This document shows positions 16,031 to 19,052 of a DNA stretch of 19,052 bases, piece by piece (the first letter of the stretch is position 1; the number at the start of each line of letters is the position of its first letter). The notes below the pieces were generated by a model. That model was not told the DNA's origin, ran no database searches, and saw only the letters and a list, made by a program, of their open reading frames with translations. This DNA is from Oligoflexales bacterium. Its GTDB lineage: Bacteria > Bdellovibrionota_B > Oligoflexia > Oligoflexales > CAIYRB01. The position numbers and the translations under genes are program-made. The DNA lies in assembly GCA_041736175.1 (NCBI GenBank), contig JBGSUI010000170.1, forward strand, positions 1 through 19,052, written 5' to 3'.

Positions 16031-16039
16031 ATTTGCCTC

Positions 16040-16360
16040 CTATATAGCTTTTTTTATGGCCAGGTCCCATGTGGGCGGTAGTGCAAGTTGTCCGTTTTGC
16101 ACCTCGTTCCACTCGTCTGGGCTTAAGATTATGACCACGGAGGCAAAATGAATATTGAGATCAGGGCGCGGGTCGAATCGGAACGGAAATACATCACCGG
16201 AAGTGGGGGCAGATTTTGAGACTTCTACAAGTTTAATTTCGACTTCCTTTGGGTCTGGAATGAGTAGGACCAGCTGAATACTTGGGTCGGCTTTACGGTG
16301 GGCATTAGCGAGTTCTTTGGCCGTTTGAAAGTAATCTGGTTTGAAAGTTGAATTTGGCAC
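16040..16360 (-). CDS. Small protein, probable degenerate minimal-nucleotidyltransferase-fold partner of the HEPN gene
   Basis: 106 aa, GTG start with AGGAG RBS, 9 nt upstream of the HEPN gene. Helix-strand layout and VIILSPDEW resemble the MNT C-terminal strand (D.IV.TPEE), but the GS and DxD motifs are absent. Confidence 0.6.
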   Translation of the reverse strand: MPNSTFKPDYFQTAKELANAHRKADPSIQLVLLIPDPKEVEIKLVEVSKSAPTSGDVFPFRFDPRPDLNIHFASVVIILSPDEWNEVQNGQLALPPTWDLAIKKAI

Positions 16361-16384
16361 TTAGTTGCTCCTAAAAATTCTCGT

Positions 16385-16495
16385 CTACCTGGAGGTAATG
16401 CCGTTATTGATTTCGTCATCGGTGAGGGCAAGGGGCTTCCATGGTTTCGACTGTGGAGTGTCGACGTGGACTCTTTTAGGCTTTTTTGGGTCCAT
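16385..16495 (-). CDS. Possible 36-aa small protein or gene remnant
   Basis: ATG 16495 with AGGTGG about 7 nt upstream; MDPKKPKRVHVDTPQSKPWKPLALTDDEINNGITSR*; ends 24 nt before the next start codon. Confidence 0.3.
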   Translation of the reverse strand: MDPKKPKRVHVDTPQSKPWKPLALTDDEINNGITSR

Positions 16496-16795
16496 CAAGA
16501 AGCCACCTATAGATCTTCGCACATGAAGTGATGCCATTAAAAAAAGTTGTGATATACTCTCTCCCGTTGTTAACTTTTTCGGGGAATAGCATGTCGTCAA
16601 CGAAAGATAAACCAATTTATCCAGAAGTCAAGCAGTTAACGCTCAAGCTGAAAGTGTATTTTGATCGCAACAAGTTTGCGCTGTCGATTCAGCATTGGAA
16701 AGCGTGGTCCGCTCTAATGTCAGGGAGATGAACAACCGAGTATGCCACAACGTTTTATTAAATGGTATCAATTCATGTGCGAAGATCTATAGCCG

Positions 16796-18172
16796 ATGGG
16801 TTATCTTTTATTTCAAAAATGGAAAATTTTAGGATTCATTATGTTGAATTTCTGCTATCTTATAATCTTAAGTTTGTTTTTTTGCGAAATGACTACAACA
16901 CAGGTTTACGCATCACATTTAGTGAACGATAAGTATATCGTCTTCGACAGTCGAGAAGAGGCAATCGCTTGGCTCAAAAAGAACAAACCTGAATTGGCTG
17001 CAAATATCCTGCCTTTTGAGCATCTTATATATGAACGTCCTCTTCGAATTTTAGGATCTATATGGGGGAGCTATCAGGATCTTTACCCTGATCGTTCATC
17101 CAAACTGCCAATTCCTGAGCTGGTTATTGTAGATTATCCCTATGTTGATGGATCAACACTGACAGAAGACTCGACTGAGCATATCCCAGCTATATTTCAA
17201 ATTTCTAAACCTGCTGCTGAAACTACGCATAATAGCATTGCAGGTTTAATGGCGCATGAACTCACTCATTATCTCTTCCCTGATTTTCAACCAGTATATT
17301 ATCAAAAAAAGGGAAAAACAGAGCCTTTGGGATACAATCAAGAAAATGAATTACAGGCAGAGCTTGTGGTGAAAGAATGGACAAAATTAACAAAAAATGT
17401 CGGTCCGTTTGTCTTGGATGAATTGAACGGATTGCCTTTCCAATTTATAAATGACGGACAATTATCTTATTTTTTAACAGCAGGAGCAAGAAAATATGGG
17501 GACCCTTTGAAGCCCAGTTGTGTCCGCGCTAGCACCTCAGAGGTCGAATGGAATATATATTTTATAAAGCACTATATATCCTTTGTCGATTTTTCGCTAA
17601 AACTGGAAGCTGATCAGCGACAGAACATTAGATCTAAAACGGAAGCTTATATTGGTGATCTGCGGGATTGCTTAAAGAACAGGAAAGTTGATTTTCTTGA
17701 TCTTGCTATGACTGTGACCGGGTGGTCACAAGACCAAGTGAAGCAGCGGTATGTTGGTGAAGCGGCGATTTTTCAAAATTACTCTGACGCAGTGGACGGT
17801 TTTATGGCATTGACAAAAGTCTCCTATACCAGGATGAAAGAGATGCTTATCCAATATGATCTAGCGTCCTATAGAACGTACTCGTATGAGGAAATAGCTG
17901 ATGATAACTCTGTAAGGATTTTGTTTCATCTTGGATGGAATCCAAATGGCTTAAGAGAGTTCATCGAAGCTGCCGGGGAATCATATCAAGCAGGATTTAA
18001 AAAAAACTGTTTTGAGATCCTTAATCGAGGCGAAGTCCCTGGATATGGGCTCCTAAGCGATCCTCATCATGGAGCCTGTTATCGTATTTTTCATATCGAA
18101 GAAATATCACGTCGAGTGATAGGGCGGTCAGAGCCTTTTTTTCCAAGTCAAGCTGCGGATATTGGGCGATGA
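16796..18172 (+). CDS. Secreted zinc metallopeptidase, M48-like, with a large insertion
   Basis: N-terminal hydrophobic signal ending VYA. AGLMAH154ELTH158, YSYE365EIAD...LGWNPNGL..F and DPHHG..YRI match M48 HExxH / ExxAD / GYDP / HP...R. The start may be ATG 16841. Confidence 0.75.
   Translation: MGYLLFQKWKILGFIMLNFCYLIILSLFFCEMTTTQVYASHLVNDKYIVFDSREEAIAWLKKNKPELAANILPFEHLIYERPLRILGSIWGSYQDLYPDRSSKLPIPELVIVDYPYVDGSTLTEDSTEHIPAIFQISKPAAETTHNSIAGLMAHELTHYLFPDFQPVYYQKKGKTEPLGYNQENELQAELVVKEWTKLTKNVGPFVLDELNGLPFQFINDGQLSYFLTAGARKYGDPLKPSCVRASTSEVEWNIYFIKHYISFVDFSLKLEADQRQNIRSKTEAYIGDLRDCLKNRKVDFLDLAMTVTGWSQDQVKQRYVGEAAIFQNYSDAVDGFMALTKVSYTRMKEMLIQYDLASYRTYSYEEIADDNSVRILFHLGWNPNGLREFIEAAGESYQAGFKKNCFEILNRGEVPGYGLLSDPHHGACYRIFHIEEISRRVIGRSEPFFPSQAADIGR
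18148..18168 (+). repeat. 21-bp direct repeat, copy 2
   Basis: TCAAGCTGCGGATATTGGGCG, identical to 15678-15698; forms the last codons of the peptidase ORF. Confidence 0.9.
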
Positions 18173-18186
18173 CGAAGGTCAGTCTA

Positions 18187-19014
18187 TCAAAGAGTCCCAA
18201 CAGTTAGCGTGATTGAATATTTCTGAGTGAAATTCTCCCCAGTTCCTACATCAAGAATATAGTGAACGGCCATATGCCCATAGCATCCGGGATCTACATA
18301 GGTCGATATGCGCACCGTGTGCCCAATGTTCTTCAGCTTTGCAAGAAGCAGTACCTGAGCATCAGCTAATGTGCGTGGATTAGTCGTACAATCTTCCATG
18401 CTCTTCGTGGCCGGTGCTCCTAGATTCTTCTCCTTTGCTGATAACGGGCGCTTAGTTCCAGGGGCCGCATATTTAATGTTCCCGAGACCAAGCTTAGAGT
18501 CCGCGGCCAAGACCTTATAAGCAGCGTTTTTGGGTGCTTTCTGGAAGCTGTATAGGACGATAGGGGGACCGTCTGTTAAAACAGGACAGCTGCCGGATAA
18601 GACATAGAAGAAATCTAAATCATCGGCGTAGCGCCTTGATTTGATCTCCTTGTAAGGGAGTCCGCATTCCTTGCTTTGCTCTTCGTTAAAGCCTTCGCGG
18701 CCTGGAATCCAGTCAATTTTCACCGTGGCATTCTCCTTCTTGGGAGCAATGTTTTCTTTTAATTCCCAAGAAAAAAATCCCACGCGCTTCGCCTCCCGTG
18801 GCTTGGACCCGACGGCTTTATCATCGCAGGCTTTTTTCAGCAGGCAGTGGAGAGTCAGCGTAGGCGGCATGGACTCAATCGCTAGCGACTTTTCATTTGC
18901 AGACTCATTACTAAGGAGGTGTGTAAAAATTACTTGGACAAGTTCACAAAATATGTATTGGCCGCGTAAGCAAACTATGGCACTATTTGGGCATGAGTTC
19001 AAACAATTGTTCAA
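18187..19014 (-). CDS. Hypothetical protein; true start uncertain (possibly ATG 18870)
   Basis: Long open frame convergent with the peptidase. The C-terminal ~200 aa look globular with paired cysteines; the first ~48 codons look non-coding and there is no clear RBS. Confidence 0.55.
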   Translation of the reverse strand: MNNCLNSCPNSAIVCLRGQYIFCELVQVIFTHLLSNESANEKSLAIESMPPTLTLHCLLKKACDDKAVGSKPREAKRVGFFSWELKENIAPKKENATVKIDWIPGREGFNEEQSKECGLPYKEIKSRRYADDLDFFYVLSGSCPVLTDGPPIVLYSFQKAPKNAAYKVLAADSKLGLGNIKYAAPGTKRPLSAKEKNLGAPATKSMEDCTTNPRTLADAQVLLLAKLKNIGHTVRISTYVDPGCYGHMAVHYILDVGTGENFTQKYSITLTVGTL

Positions 19015-19052
19015 AAGAATGGATTGACCTGCTGGCTCTCATGGATGAGTCG
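18983..19052 (-). CDS. Possible 3' end of a gene entering from the right edge
   Basis: A minus frame is open from the window edge (DSSMRASRSIHSFEQLFELMPK*) to TAG at 18985-18983. Too short to identify. Confidence 0.2.
   Translation of the reverse strand, partial: DSSMRASRSIHSFEQLFELMPK

Noticed and set aside
16528..16731. 67-aa plus-strand ORF
   Set aside because: No RBS or recognisable motif, and it lies in the probable divergent promoter region.
18105..18121. TATCAC-GTCGA-GTGATA palindrome resembling a lambda operator
   Set aside because: Single copy inside a coding region with no phage genes nearby; 6-bp arms are expected by chance.
18912..18921. Perfect Shine-Dalgarno TAAGGAGGTG (also the complement of the 16S rRNA 3' end)
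   Set aside because: No usable ORF follows it and the flanks show no rRNA similarity.

Overview
A gene-dense bacterial chromosomal window. The lipoprotein-rich content, the sigma-28-type promoter and the orphan secreted enzymes suggest Oligoflexia/Bdellovibrionota, but that is inference only. From left to right it holds: (1) a lipoprotein with a protein-glutaminase-like Cys-His-Asp triad and a second, convergent lipoprotein; (2) a translationally coupled four-gene minus-strand operon encoding a pterin-dependent aromatic amino acid hydroxylase, a PLP aromatic-amino-acid decarboxylase, a group A flavin monooxygenase and an insect-AANAT-like GNAT, with a divergent Bm3R1/FatR-like TetR gene and a palindromic operator; (3) a wecE-like aminotransferase, a polyprenyl-phosphate GT2 and a PIG-B/Alg9-like GT22 forming a glycosylation module, followed by a DASS transporter and a bestrophin channel; (4) a secreted catalase-fold protein preceded by a second copy of the operator; (5) an AT-richer end with a degenerate MNT/HEPN pair, an M48-like metallopeptidase, an exact 21-bp direct repeat and a hypothetical gene. 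The best candidate for an undescribed system is the four-gene operon. Its hydroxylase carries both residues that distinguish animal tryptophan hydroxylases from phenylalanine hydroxylases, so the operon reads as a bacterial Trp -> 5-HTP -> serotonin -> N-acylserotonin pathway with one extra oxygenase step. All family calls come from motif recognition by eye; no database searches were run.
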